Below the pieces are notes generated by a model. The model did not search any database. It had not been told where the DNA came from and was given only the letters and a program-made list of their open reading frames with translations. A DNA stretch of 63,425 nt, filler included, from Reclinomonas americana ATCC 50394 (Eukaryota): the NCBI GenBank assembly GCA_048213135.1. It is 8 parts of 5 records of this genome, joined end to end, with 100 filler letters (N's around TTAATTAATTAA, not from the genome) between each part and the next. Parts side by side here need not be neighbours in the genome. Positions count along the whole stretch, not along the records: positions 37,621 to 48,345 come from PS015023.1; positions 48,446 to 55,807 come from PS015024.1; 6 more parts are not named here. One strand, written 5' to 3'. A program made the position numbers and the translations under genes. The number at the start of each line of letters is the position of its first letter. Within the stretch, counting starts at the first letter, position 1. Of the stretch, positions 38,142 to 51,400 are shown one piece after another.

Positions 38142-38510
38142 TCAATTCGCATCACTGGGCGGTAATGGCACTCCGGTGCTGTAGTTGAAATAGCTCTGGA
38201 TTTTGCGCATTCGCTGCTCGGCTTCGACCGCCGTCATGCCAGTGCGCTGCGCTGCGAAGCCAAGCATGAACTCCATAAAGCGTTTCAGCAAATCGGCATC
38301 CTGCTGCAGCGCTGTCAGCTGCTGCTTCATAGCATTTGATTCCTTCGCGAGTGCAGCAATTGTGGATTGGTCGTCAATCGGCAAATCTGACGGCGGATCC
38401 TTGGAAGGGCCGCCGGCGGCGTGTCCGGCACCTTGGACTGGGTGAAATCCCGACACTGCGAAAACAATGTGAACAAATGCAACCGCGACATCTAGCACTG
38501 GAGGCAACAA
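38142..38510 (-). CDS. Hypothetical small coiled-coil protein or terminal exon
   Basis: Open frame with the heptad-like stretch ALAKESNAMKQQLTALQQDADLLK. Confidence 0.4.
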   Translation of the reverse strand: MLPPVLDVAVAFVHIVFAVSGFHPVQGAGHAAGGPSKDPPSDLPIDDQSTIAALAKESNAMKQQLTALQQDADLLKRFMEFMLGFAAQRTGMTAVEAEQRMRKIQSYFNYSTGVPLPPSDAN

Positions 38511-38608
38511 ACTTGGTGATCCTGACAGCTCGGAGCGACGACGACTGCGAAGGTCGAGGTGATCCTGGCGGATCTGAACCGCAATTTTCTCGGCTGTGAA
38601 GCAACAAA

Positions 38609-39295
38609 TTACATCAGCATTGGCCTAGGTGTGGTATGGTAAACGAATGGCATACCTCGCTCTAGTTCTTCTTTCCACGTTGTCTCACTGGGCACCAAGC
38701 CCTTCAGCTGCTGTTCCACTGCCTCCACCAGTGCGTCGTCTGCAACCAGCGCGTCGCATTCATCCGCCATGACACCCGCGAAGTCGTCCGAAGTGAACAC
38801 TGTCACCAACTCATCATCCGTGACGTTGAACGCGGCTCGCATATCCTCGGAAAGCATGTGCACGTCGTTCACAGTGTCCTCCGACTCCGAAGGAGGCCGC
38901 TCAGCAGGGTGCGGGGGCCACAGCCAGTCATCCCACGCATCATCAACTTCGAAGACCCAGGAGCTTGTTGAGTGCTCTACCGTCTTCCGTACGTGGATGT
39001 ACAGGAAACGAGAAGCGGCCTCTTCCAGCGAGCGTGTTGCCTTGTCCGAGCGCGGAAAGTGGAGCTGGCACAGCTTCTTCTCCACTCGCTCGAGAGCCTT
39101 GTCTTCAGGAAGACGTTCGTGTAATCGAGCAAGTTCATACGCTGAGAGCCGACTGTCTTGAATCGAGTGGATGAACTCCCGCCTCCACTCGAGAAGATCT
39201 TGACTCGAATTACATGGAACAGCGAGGAAGTCGCCGATGAGCAGCCAGATCTCCTCTTCCCGAGGGTCAAGCAAACCGAATCGTGGATACGTCAT
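38609..39295 (-). CDS. Hypothetical intronless protein
   Basis: About 228-aa ORF starting MTYPRF with protein-like composition. No domain recognised. Confidence 0.55.
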   Translation of the reverse strand: MTYPRFGLLDPREEEIWLLIGDFLAVPCNSSQDLLEWRREFIHSIQDSRLSAYELARLHERLPEDKALERVEKKLCQLHFPRSDKATRSLEEAASRFLYIHVRKTVEHSTSSWVFEVDDAWDDWLWPPHPAERPPSESEDTVNDVHMLSEDMRAAFNVTDDELVTVFTSDDFAGVMADECDALVADDALVEAVEQQLKGLVPSETTWKEELERGMPFVYHTTPRPMLM

Positions 39296-39408
39296 CTGTG
39301 TGGTAGAGTTGGTGAGTTGTTGTCCACGTGGTGTCAACACTCGAAAGGTGCGAGATGGCCAACATTACACACGCCAAACACACACACACACACACGCACA
39401 CACACACA

Positions 39409-39440
<32 letters not shown>

Positions 39441-39812
39441 CACGCGTACCCACCGGCAAGTCTCACACTGAGTGTGGCGCACGGCAAGTAGGAAAATGGA
39501 CCGTTCGAGATCGTCCGAGTCCTCCGTCGTTCGTTGGTTGACTGAGAGTTCAGCCAGGCAACTTCAACAGGGGCAGGGCAGATCTCGGCACATTCTGCAC
39601 TTGTCGCCAACGCAATCCAGTGTGTTACTGATGTCTGACAGTGATGCACCTCCCACACTGGGTGAGTGGTGTGTCGCGGCTGGGCATTTCCAACAATCAT
39701 CTTTGTCACAAGAATGATGCTCCCGCGCCTCAGTGGTTGCCGACTCTGGTGACAAGCACGCGAGCGATGATGACCCCAGTCCACCGCACGTGGCAATAGT
39801 GGAAGGTAAGGC

Positions 39813-41474
39813 ATGACGCGATTGCGACTGTTTACATTTGAGTGCTACAACAGTTGTCCATTGAAAGAGCCCGCCTCGGCAGCTGCAGTGCAGCAGGTTC
39901 TCACAGATCCTGGTTCTGCTTCTGGCTCCGCCTCTGGTTCGAGTTGTGATCCTGGCGCAGTCGGCAGACACAGCAGTGGACCAGAGTTGTACAGCGTGTT
40001 GAAGAAGAGGCGGAACGCGGCCGATGGCGAACAGCGGCCCCATCCCGGACTCTGCGTTGTTAGCCGCGAACCTCCGGAGGCCTCCCTCGTGGTGACAATG
40101 ACAAGTCAACTGCGTCAGCGACAGCCCACTGCATCCGTCTGGGCCGACGCTTTGAATGTGTTTTTGATCGCGACTGTGTTGGCCTGCAGCTGCGTGACTG
40201 GTCGTCACTGCGCATGCGCAAGGCCGAGGTACAGCTCGTTGAGACGTCCGCGGATGGCACGGTCCGCGACAGCCTGATGCCTAGCAGCAAGTTGCCAGAG
40301 AGGATGAGGAAGATTGTGTTTCACAACTCACTTGTCAATCCAACTCGAGTCGACGCTTTCACGCCTGCTGTCTGTGACGGACCACTTCCCCTCCCTGCCG
40401 AAGTTGTCGAGCCGGGCGAAAAGGCTTCCACTCGCTTCTTCCGTAAGCATGCGGACGGATCAGTTGACCAGCTTGAGGTTTATTTGACGAAAGCGCCTGG
40501 TGCTGGAAGCCTGTGCCGATTCAGACTCGCGCAGTTTTTCCTGGACGCCAAGGTACATCATGACGTTGAGCACCTACCTCCATAGTCTTGTCTGTTAACG
40601 TTTCTATTTGCAGGCGATTCTCCTGTCGGATCCACAGGATGCACAAGTGCAAGAATTCGTCGATCATCTTCGTACGGTTCTTGGAGCCGAGGGCAACGCG
40701 CTTATTTTGGGGAGCTCGAGGCCAGCGAATCCGTGGGCGGACAGCAGCACTGCGGCAAGTAGACTGAAGCAGCCCCCTTCGAGCTCCGCCGCGGCTGAGC
40801 AGCCGCTTCAGTATTTTTTCACCATGGGCAGCCGTAGCGACGGCTGGAACTCGGTTAACTATCTCGGGCGGGTCGTGTCATTCAAAAGATGTCTGTATGT
40901 TGTTTTGGCCACTCAGCGGTACGTACGTTCATATGCTGCACTGTGGGATTTGAGCTAATCTACCTCCTGACAGTCAACCTGATCCATCGTCTCTGCCGCG
41001 GCCGGTCACGAAGTCGTCTTCCGCGACCGCTAGACTCTCGCTTACGCGATCCAGCAGCGCCGCTGCACCTGCACCACTCGCGCCGGCGCCATCAGTATCC
41101 GTACACTTGTGGATGGCACGAATCTGCCGTGGAGCCGACCTATCGACAGCGAACAGTAACTTGAAGATCGCTGGTACGTCGAATTCGTATTGTAGTGCGT
41201 GATATGCACTCTGACTGCTTCTCTGTGGTTAGGCGCTCGGTCGTTCAAGGTGGCTGACGATATTTCGGAATCGGTTGCTGCTGAACTCGAGGGCATGTAC
41301 ATTGACCCCTTACACATGTTGTGTGAGAGTGAGCACTCTGTCCAACCGCTGAAGACGCATGTCGCGGGCGAGCCCGTATATTTGTCCACACCGCTGCTGG
41401 TGACAGCACTGCACACCATCATCTGTGCGATTGCTGGTGTCAGTGTGCTTTGCTCCAGTGAACCATCTGCTTGA
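39813..41474 (+). CDS. Hypothetical multi-exon protein
   Basis: Successive ORFs at 39813, 40214, 40608 and 41199 can be linked by short GT-AG introns. Confidence 0.5.
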
Positions 41475-41593
41475 TCCCAGCACCTGCCGATGAGCAGCTT
41501 GCCAAGCTGAGCCCCATACACCTAGTCGTGGTCGCACAGTACATGTGCAGCGAGCGATCGCAAAATCCAATTGGCATTGCGCAAGTACACTCA

Positions 41594-42003
41594 ACACTCC
41601 CTCAGAGATCAACTGCGACTCTGCACGCTCTGCCGACGCGTGCCATTCGCAGGCGCCGCTGCAATGCCCAGANNNNNNNNNNNNNNNNNNNNNNNNNNNN
41701 NNNNNNNNNNNNNNNNNNNNNNNNNNNNNNNNNNNNNNNNNNNNNNNNNNNNNNNNNNNNNNNNNNNNNNNNNNNNNNNNNNNNNNNNNNNNNNNNNNNN
41801 NNNNNNNNNNNNNNNNNNNNNNNNNNNNNNNNNNNNNNNNNNNNNNNNNNNNNNNNNNNNNNACTGCAAGGCAGAGAGGGGAAGAGTGGGGTGAGTGGAG
41901 GGAGGGAGGGAAAGGGGAAAGAAGGAAGGGGGGAAGAAAGACGGAGGGACAGATCGTGTCTTCTGTCTCAATTCCTCAGTGCTGTTGTTGTGCAGGGAAG
42001 AAA
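41594..42003. repeat. Dispersed repeat, copy 2 (same orientation, interrupted by a gap)
   Basis: Matches 37442-37792 on both sides of its gap. Confidence 0.85.
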
Positions 42004-42827
42004 GAAACACACAGAGAGAGAGAGAGAGAGAGATCAAATGAGAAGAACACATGTGCAGATTAATCCCGCAAAGAAGATCTGACATTGTGCCTGTCTCGTT
42101 CCCGGAATTGTAGAGAGGAAAGAAAGAACGAAAGAAAGAATGAATGAAACAGAGAGAGAGAGGCGAGAAAGTGAGAAGACAGATGTGCTGAGCCATCTCG
42201 CAAATACTCAATGCACAGAGTCTCTGTCTCGCTCCCGTAGTCTACCGATGTGCAGGTGTGCAAGAGGGAGAAAGAGAGCGCAAGCGAGAGAAGAATGGAT
42301 GCGATATGCAATCTGGATAATCTATGCACAGAGTCTCAATCTCATTCCAGTTGCAACTGAGTCCGCAAGGCACATTGGGAGTGAGAGAAGGAGAGAGAAA
42401 GAAAGAAAGAAAGGAGAGATCAGAGGCCCAGTGTCCAATCAAGATGAAAAACAGGCTGTTCCTCAACCTGTGCCTTCCAGTAAAAGTGTGTGTGAGTGAG
42501 AGAGAAAGAGATGGAGAGTCAATAGCAAACACAGGCTGTTCCTCAATCTCTCTGCCTTCTAATCTGCCGATCCCACAGCGGCGAGTGAGTGAGAAAGGGA
42601 GAGAGAGAAAGGGAGAGAGAGAGAGAGAGAGAGGAAGAAAGAAAGAAGAAAAGGAAGAGATCGGAGGTCCGCGTCTCCTCAAGATGAAAGTTCTTCAACC
42701 TCTGTGCCTTCCAGTCTCCCGATCCCACAATGGAGAGTGTAAACGTGAGATATAAAACCAAGTTCTCTCACTGCCCCTCCTTTCTCCCCTCCCTTTCCCC
42801 CTTCCCCCTTCCCCCTTCCCCACTCAC

Positions 42828-43689
42828 CAACAACTTATCCCCGTGCGGCGACACCCGCATCACCACCCGATGCGTGGCACCGGGCTTGGTGTACTTGCAC
42901 TTGCGCACCGACAGGCCGTGCCGCTTGAGCAAATCAACGGCCTTTGATCCCTCATCGTACGCCGCCATCAACTTGGTCCGCAACAACAACACCCGCTGCG
43001 ACTGCCGCTCCCTCTCCTCCTCCCGCACTCTCTCCCTCTGCAACCGCTGCTGCTCCACCGCCGCACGCAACCGCTCCGCCGCCGCCACTCTCTCCTGCTC
43101 CATCTCCATCTCCAACTCCCGCTCCCGCTCTCTCGCCGCCACCTCCTCCGCCGCCCTCTGCGCACGCCTTCTCTGCTCCTCCTCCTCGCGCTCCTTGCGC
43201 TCTCGCTTGACACGCGCCTGCGCCGCCACCGCCAGTGTCGCCTCCAACGCAGACATCCACGCGCGTTTCGCCTGCAAATCCTCCGCTTGCATCAGCAGAC
43301 CGCGCGAGGTGTCCACGTGCGACGAGGTCGATGTCGACCGCTGGGAGGAGCGCGGTGAGGCAGCCGCGGCGGCCTCGGCGGTCACTGTCGCCTCCACGCG
43401 CATCTCAAACTCGCGACTTTGGATCGAGAAGGAGTTGACACTGAGGCATTGCATCATGTCGATGGCCTCCTCGTACTCGGTGCTCTGAGGGAGCACAAGA
43501 GAGAGTGTGTGTGTGTGTGAGCGTGTGTGTGTGAGAGAGAGAGAGTGTGTGTGTAACTGTTCTTTCGGCATAGATAAAGAGTCGATATCCGCGCAGAATG
43601 CACCAGCGACGAATGCCAGTGGAGTCTGCGGTTTCGGGCACTGCGGCGACTCCGGGGGGAAGTGAGGTGACGACGAGGAAGGACTCCAT
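42828..43689 (-). CDS. PH-domain + coiled-coil protein; 3' exons unresolved
   Basis: MESFLVV...RRWCILRGYRLFIY, then LLMQAEDLQAKRAWMSALE, an E/R-rich coil and the start of a second PH-like domain; GTGAG donor near 42827. Confidence 0.7.
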
Positions 43690-43752
43690 TTGTGTGTGTG
43701 TGTGTGTGTGGAGAAGGAGGAAGAGGACAGAGAGGACATTCTGTCACTCACC

Positions 43753-45030
43753 ATGCAGCGCAATGGTGTGTGTGCGTGTGCGCGCGCGTGTGTGTGTGTG
43801 TGTGTGTTCCATGTGCTCATCACGTGCGAACAGAGTCGTCGCGCAGTCGTCGCGGCAAGGAGGAGGATGATGATGCTGAAGGTCTTTGCTTGTGTGCTTG
43901 TGTTGAGTCCATGTGCACGTGCGTGCATTGCTGACACTGAGCACACAAAAAAAGGCAAGCCGCCAGTGAAGAGAACGAAGATTGAGAAACCTGCCCAGGG
44001 GAGGTATTCCGAGGGAGAGTGCACGAAGCTGCTGCAAGAGATGCAACGGGTAATCGAGGTGCGACTGTGTCTCTGCTTCTCGTGTGGCACGCAGGTGACT
44101 CATTGCAAGGCAGGAGCTTGGTCTTGGCGAGAACGGACTGGAGGTTCTCCTTCAGAAGCAACTTACACGAGAACTGGCACAGGCGTGGAGAGAGATTGGT
44201 GAGTTGCGGTGCATGTGTCCGTGAGACAGGCGTGCAGTCGTGCTGAGGTATTGCCCTGGTGCAGCGGAAAACTCGTGCCCTGGTCGAGACCCTCGGGGTG
44301 TGCGCCAGTTCGCTATGCGAAATTTCTCTGTCAAGGCCAGCGAGACAGTCACGCCAGATTTCATTCGCCTCCTCCACAGGTGACTTTTAGCAGCACAGAG
44401 GAACGAGAGAGAGAAGGAGCAGAAGAAGAAGAATAACAAGGCGAAGACATAGAAGAAGAAGAGGAGGAGGAAGAAGAAGAGAACGCGAAAAAGAAACAAA
44501 CAGAACGAGAAATAGTATGCGCTGGTGCTAATGAGCATGTTGTTGTCTGCACAGACTTGTTGGAGAACACGGCTCCGATTGGTCCAAGCTGCAAGATATC
44601 ACTGGAATTCAAGCTGACTCGTTGCGCGACCTGTACTCTATTTCGCGCCCCAGTGGCGCCTACTGGAGTTGAGTTGTGCAGATTGGTCTTCTTCGCTGCT
44701 GCATACTCGCGCTCAATGATATTGCTTTGTGGGTACTACGCAGTGGAGTCGTTGAGCTTGGAAGAAGAGGAGAGCATCATGAAGGCCGTCGCAGACCTCT
44801 ACGGTGAAGACCCAGATCCAGAGTCCATCTTGTGGCGTCAGGTGTTCCGCAAGTGCCGCATTCCACCCTTGGTGTGCAGGCACTATTGGTTTCGTCGCTT
44901 GCAGCGTTTTTATGCACCACAATGGAGATGTGTGACTCACAGTGCTACCAGGCATGCCGCACTCGACAAGAGAAAATTGGAAACTGCAGCCGCAGGTGCC
45001 TCCACGAGGTCCGCAGACTCGCGACCCTGA
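43753..45030 (+). CDS. Myb-repeat protein (Reb1/TTF1/DMTF1-like), shorter copy
   Basis: GRYSEGECTKLL, WREI...PGRDPRGVRQF, LVGEHGSDWSKLQ and ILWRQV...CRHYW; stop at 45030. Confidence 0.65.
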
Positions 45031-45322
45031 GACACTGTGTATTGTCAGGAGCTTCGTTGAATTCGGTGTTCTGCGTATGCGTGCACGCACATGAACTTGT
45101 CCACGCCCGCGCAAAGGTGACGAAGTTCATCAGTGAAGTAATGTTTTTCGACGACGACAATCCACGCAGAATGCACCAGCGACGAATGCCAGTGGAGTCT
45201 GCGGTTTCAGGCACTGCGGCGACTCCGGGGGGAAGTGAGGTGACGACGAGGAAGGACTCCATTTGTGTGTGTGTTTAGTTGGAAAGGAGGAAGAGGACAG
45301 AGAGAGGACACACCAATCACTC

Positions 45323-45348
45323 ATGGAGGTCGATGGTGCGTTGGCCAC

Positions 45349-45389
<41 letters not shown>

Positions 45390-47525
45390 ACACGCTCATC
45401 TCTTCCCTTGTCTCTCCTCCTCACTCACTCACATCTCTCTCTCCCTCAGAGTCCTCACACCGTCATCATCGCCACCGTCGCCGGCGTGAGGAAGCGGAAG
45501 AGCATGCTGATGGTGATGCGATCACACATTGTGCATGTAATGTGACGTGGTCTGTGAGCTCATTGCGCGACATAGGTGGTGAGCCACCAGTGAAGAAGAA
45601 GAAGAAGGCCAGCTTGGAGCAGGAGGACGAGGAAGTTGCTCGGAGGCGGGAGAGAAAGGCCGAGAAACGACGACGGAAGGAGGCGGAACAACGAAAGGTA
45701 CAAGAGGAGGAGGAGGAGGAAGAGGAAGAAGAAGAAGAAGAGGCAGAAGACGAGGAAGCTGCTCGGAAACGAAAGAGAAAGGCCGAGGAGGCGCAACAGC
45801 AGGCACAGGAGGAAGAAGAGGAGGAGGAGGAGGACGAAGACGAGGGAGAGGATAAGGATTTGCCAGAGTATTACGCCCGACGATTCAGGACCAAGCAAGT
45901 GGAGCTGCCGCCTGACGTTGGTGCGCAGACGGTGGCTTGAGTTCTGAGTTTGATGCCGAGCTGAGGTTCACTCTCTTCTTTCTCCCGGCAGATCGCGAGA
46001 AAATGGCGCAACTGGCGAAGGAGATCCTCACAACGAAGAAGCCCATCTCAAAGCCGCGCTCGGTTCGCATGTTAAGAGGCAAGGCGGTCTATAGCCTTGG
46101 AAAGTACTCGAACGAGGAGCGCGCAAAATTACTGCGAGAGATACACCGTGTGTCCAAGGTGCGTGCCCGCGCTCACGTTCCATTGCTGCGCGAGTGACTC
46201 TTATCTTCTTGCAGGAGCTTGGGCTGGATAAGAATGGTTTGGAGACGTTCCTCCAAAGAGAAATGCCTCCCGAGCTGCGTGTACCGTGGAGTGAAATCGG
46301 TGCGGTGCATTGCAGTGCTTGTGAGAGCATGTGAAGTTGTTGTATTGAGGTGTTTTTCCCCTTCCTGCAGTGGACACTGCGTGTCCAGGCCGAGATGCTC
46401 GAGCAGTGCGCCAGTTCGCCATGCGGAACTTCACTGCCAGGGCCAATCACGAGAAACTGACGCCGGACGACATTCGTAGGCTCCACAGGTGACGTGCTGC
46501 ACCAGAGGATGTCGCAAACACATACTTACCTACAGAGAGAGAGAGAGAGACTGACAGCCAATGTGCTGTCTGCACAGTCTTGTCAAGCAACACAAGACTG
46601 CGTGGACCACTATTCAAGATATCATGGGAATTCTGGCTGATCACTTGTGCGACGCTTACCGCATTTCTCGCCCCGATGGCACCTACTGGAGTTGAGCTGT
46701 GCAGCATGATCACCATCGCCGCTGCGTACTCGCGCTCACCGGTGTGTCTTTTGTCGGTTGTGCAGTCGAGACGATGAACTGGGATCAGAAGGAGAGCATC
46801 ATGAAAACCGTCAAGGACCTCTACGGTGAAGACCCAGATCCGGAGGCCATCGGGTGGCGCGCGGTGTTCCGCAAGTGCCGCATTCCACCCTTGGTGTGCA
46901 GGCACTATTGGTTGCGTCGCACTCACCGCCATGGTTCCGAGCCGAAAAAAGACGGAGATGTGTGACTCACGGAGTTGTCTCCACAGGCATTCGGTGCTCG
47001 GGAAGAAACAGTTGGAGACTCGAGAGTGGACTGATGAACACTCAGAGGCCTTGGTACTCAAGTACGTCGTTGTGCGCGGCTCGTGTGCAACCGTGGATGC
47101 TAAACATCGGTTTGTGTGGGAGCAGAATGATGGAAATGAACTGGAGAGACGCGTCGGAGATGGATGTTCGAAGGATCAACCTTGAACCTCGGTAAGTATA
47201 TTTCACAGTGCATTCATAGCGTGTGGCTTGTCAGCAACTGAATCCATTGTTCCCTCGCCATCTGCACAGATACAGGTCGGTGGCGAGCCATTGCATTTCG
47301 CAGCTGTTGCGCGCCGTGCCCAATTATCAGACACTATCGTGGGACGATTTGGTGCTGGAGATGTGGAACGTTCTGCAGCAGAGGAAGGCCATCCGCGAAG
47401 CTGAATGGAAGAAGCTTTGCGAAGAAGCCGAGGCGTGGGAGTTGATCGATGACGAGCGGGAGAAGAAAAAGAGGGCGAAGAAGGAGGCGGCGCTCAAGAG
47501 GGTGCGGAGGGCGAAGGGGAAGTAG
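45323..47525 (+). CDS. Myb-repeat protein (Reb1/TTF1/DMTF1-like), longer copy with an acidic/basic N-terminus
   Basis: GKYSNEERAKLL, PGRDARAVRQF, LVKQHKTAWTTIQDIMG, IGWRAV...CRHYW and EWTDEHSEAL; stop at 47525. Confidence 0.72.
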
Positions 47526-47892
47526 AAGAGAGAGGGAGGAATACAATCACAATGGCGAATAACGGGCGCAGTTGGTGTGCTCTTCACTTGTAGTGTGCGC
47601 GCCTGTGCAGGTGTGTGCATTCTGTCGTGACAGCCGTGCGGTCTGCACAGGTCAGTGCTCTGCAGACAGTGTCAGATCTGCCACTGGACTGCCGCCGAGA
47701 CTGCAGACGTCTGGGCCGTGGCAGATGACTGTCTGCTCAGACCTTGCTCTGTCTGCCACAAGGTCTATCGTGTGGACGATAAAGGTGTGTACAATTAAAT
47801 GTAGTGCGCGGACAATGCTCGCCATCTTTACTTGCTCTCACTCACGCAATATAACCAAGCGCGCGCTGACGCACTTGCCCTTCGTTCGAGCA

Positions 47893-48345
47893 ATGGCCTT
47901 CGAAAGCGACCAAGCTAAACTTGACTGGCTAAACCGCGAGATCGACTGGGCAGAGAACTGCCGTCTTGACTGTCCTTACCAACCGTACGAGGAAGGCAGT
48001 GATGATTATTGGTTTGGGGTTCTCGTCGAGTATATTGGTAAAAACAGAATGTGGCTTGAGGCACTGGTGCCAAGGTCGCCTGAGCTGGAGTCTCGATGGA
48101 GGTGCGTTTTGTGTCTTCTTAGTGCTGCTTTTCTTTTTGTTCATTTGTTTTTTCGAATTCAAGACGTGCAGAGCTGAGGCTGGCCTGGTTGCTGGTGGAA
48201 CGCGGTACTGTGCAGGCACTGCGTGCATTGGTACGCGCCGCCGAATACCAGCTCGGCGATTGCAGGCAAAGCTGGTCATGGCGTGAGTACATGAACAGGA
48301 CGAAAATGTGGCTCTCGCTGACGGACACCGACAAGGCTGGCTACT
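47893..48345 (+). CDS. Hypothetical protein, 3'-truncated by a gap
   Basis: MAFESDQAKLDWLNREI..., then an intron from about 48102 and an exon running into the gap. Confidence 0.5.
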
Positions 48346-48444
48346 NNNNNNNNNNNNNNNNNNNNNNNNNNNNNNNNNNNNNNNNNNNNTTAATTAATTA
48401 ANNNNNNNNNNNNNNNNNNNNNNNNNNNNNNNNNNNNNNNNNNN

Positions 48445-51400
48445 NTGCTGGTCGCCACGGGTACTGACCCAGAAGTGTCGCCGACACCAGCGGCCGTGAG
48501 GCGGAGCCCTCGACGCCATCATCGAGTGCCGCCGTGTCGAGCCGCCCAAACTTGCTCTCGTCGTCGTCATCCTCCCCAACGGCCTCCATGCTCACATCAC
48601 CCGTGGTCAGCAGTGGCGACGATGGCGGCGGTGCCAGTCGCCACGAAGGAGTCTCGACAGCATACGGCAGCGATCTGGAAACCTCCGACACCGGCAGCAG
48701 ATGTGGCGGCAGCTCTACACTGGCCGCCTCTGCAACAGCATGCGCATTTGCCGAATGACTGCCTGACGAGGTCGCCAGGAGCGCATTGTGCACGCCAGCC
48801 GGAATCGACCGCGTCAGGACCACATTCGTCGTTGGCGTCACCAGTCGCGAGTCGGTGCGCAGCTGTCGCGCAGTGGTCTGATCCACCGGCAGCATACCAG
48901 ACAGGAAACGGCGACCGACACACGGCGCCGTCGGCGGCACAAACGACGGGGTCGAGAGCGCCAGTGCAGTCGGTGCACCCGGCACGTCGTGCCTTATCAA
49001 GTCGGGCAGTTCGGAGCGCGCGCTGGCGGCCCACATGAGCGCCGACAGCGACACACTGCGCAACACTGACGTGGCCGGCAACACGGTGATGGCCCCCTGT
49101 GGCAACGACGACGGTGATCCGACAGCCGGACCGCAGTTGGCCACCGCAGCCATGGCGGCGGCGGCGAGAGCGAGACGACCGCGTGTCGCCCGCTGACCCT
49201 CAGCAACGGGCGAATTCGGCGCCTCGCCGCCATCAACAGTGATGAGGTAGAGACGGTGGAGGGTGGACTGTGCGGCCGCCATCGATGCCAACCATTCACG
49301 AATGTACGGCGACACGGCCCGCTTCTTCTCCGCCGTTTGCAGCTGCAGGTGCGGAGTGTGTGTGAGCGCGGCTGACGACAAAGACGAAACAATATATATC
49401 TCATCTGAAAACAACTCGGCACTGACCTGCAGACGTGCGGCACACCGCGAGCAACAGCCGCCGGTCTTGGAGTAGCGCAGTCGAATGGCATGCAGGAGCT
49501 CTTGGTCGACATCGAGGCCGAAAAACAGAGTGACATCGTCGTCCGGCAGCACACTCGCCGCCTCGGTGGCGGCCGTCGATAGCGGTGACACCAACATGCC
49601 AGTCGCAGCAGAAGCAGAGTCGGCACCATCCGACGAGATCTCGCCCAGCGGACGTTTCCGCCCGACGAGCACCGCATCACGCACCAGAGCCAGTCCACCG
49701 TTAGGCTGCGCACAAGGGGAAGGGGGCATGAGTTACTGACAGATATTGTCGCACACCAAAACCAAAATCATCACTTGCCTCTTGCTTGGATGGTCTGTCG
49801 GCGGCCCTGACATGCAGGTACTGCAGCTCGTCGCGCGCCGCTGGCATCAACGACGTGACCATTTGCCGCCGATGGTCGTATCCGCGGTACACGTAGTAAT
49901 GGTACGGGAGCGACCACAGTGCCGCCGAATCCCACGCCGCTGCAAATAGAGTGTCACACACACAGCCAAGTGTGAAAAAAGCACGTGGCCATTACAGTCA
50001 CGCAACTCTCTTCCGAGTCCACCAAGTACACACACGCCACGCCATACACCGACGACATGAGGTTCACGCATAGCCTCTCGGTCACAAACAACTCGCCACC
50101 CCAGTGCGGACGGCATCTGTCACATGAAATACATGAATACACATGTTTTTCACGGCATCCGGAAAAAAGGGGGAGACAGAACGCAACGGTGGTTGAATGC
50201 TCATGTCCGACTCGGTGAGATTGAGATCGCACGGACGGTAGAACCAACGGCCGATAAACCAGTGTCTGTGTTGCTCGTCCTCGAAGAAGCCCAGCACTTG
50301 CGCACACTGGCAGTCTCCGGCCTTGACAATATATAGAGTGTCAGTGAACAGCAACGAATAGTACGCATCAACGTCAACGACACGATGGGCACCTTTTGAG
50401 ATGCCGGAAGAAGCACAAAGTCATTGAGGAACACCATGGTGCCGTCCTCAAATCGGTAGCCCAGTGCCTGCTGCGGTTCCACACTCATGCCGCTCTCGAC
50501 ATCCTCCAGCACCGCCGCCAGCGGCACAGTGCTCTCGAGAATGAATGAGCCTGGAGTCGGCACGTCGGCAATAACCTCGTGCATCCGCTGCATGGTCGGA
50601 ATGTCGCCGTCACTCGATTCGCCCAACATGAACGCCGACGGGTGACTCATACTCAGTGCCGGCACGAGTGACGCTGGCGATGGAATCGCCACTGCTGGCG
50701 CGAAGGAGAAGCTGCCGGCCGTGGGTGCCGCTGCCGTTGTTGGCGTCAGTGACATTTCCGTAGGCAACGGTGGCAGCGGGGGCAGTGCCACGCCACCACT
50801 CGACGCTCCCGCATCTCCATTGCCGTTGCTTCTAAGCGGCTCCACGCCGAGACCACGTCCAGCAGCAAGTGCTTGCAGCGCGACTGAGGCCGGAGCCAAC
50901 GACGGCGACAACAACACAGGTGTGGCAGGAGACGCAGTCGCCGGTGGTGGTTGTGGTGTTGCTGCTGCTGCTGTTGGGACTGCTGCTGGCGGTGGCGGTG
51001 GTGGTGGTGGTGGTGGTTGCGGCGGTGCCGCCGCCGTGGCGCTGGTTGGTGTCAGCGAGGTGGCGACCGGCGGCAAGGCCGGTGCCATGGCCGGCGGCAA
51101 CGTGGGCGACGTCAGCAGCAGGCCAGCAGTGTGCGGCAGCTTCCCGCGACCCCGTGGAGGTGGGGAGGTTGGCGTGGCGGTGATGGGCGATGAAAACAAC
51201 GGCGTCGCAATGTCCGCCTGCGCAGCGCCACTCGCAGCACCATTGGTGTCACTGTGTGGACGTGGAGCAGCCGGTTCGTCGGCCGGATCGGCGGGCCGAT
51301 GCCGCTTGCGCGGAGGAGACGACCCAGACGACGCGGTGTCGGGTGAGATCGCCGATGTCGGAGCCGACAATGGCGGCGGCGGCGGCGGCGGCAGCGAACC

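Noticed and set aside
46522-46531. ATACTTACCT, matching the U1 snRNA 5' end
   Set aside because: It is followed by a GA microsatellite inside an intron, with no U1 stem-loops or Sm site.
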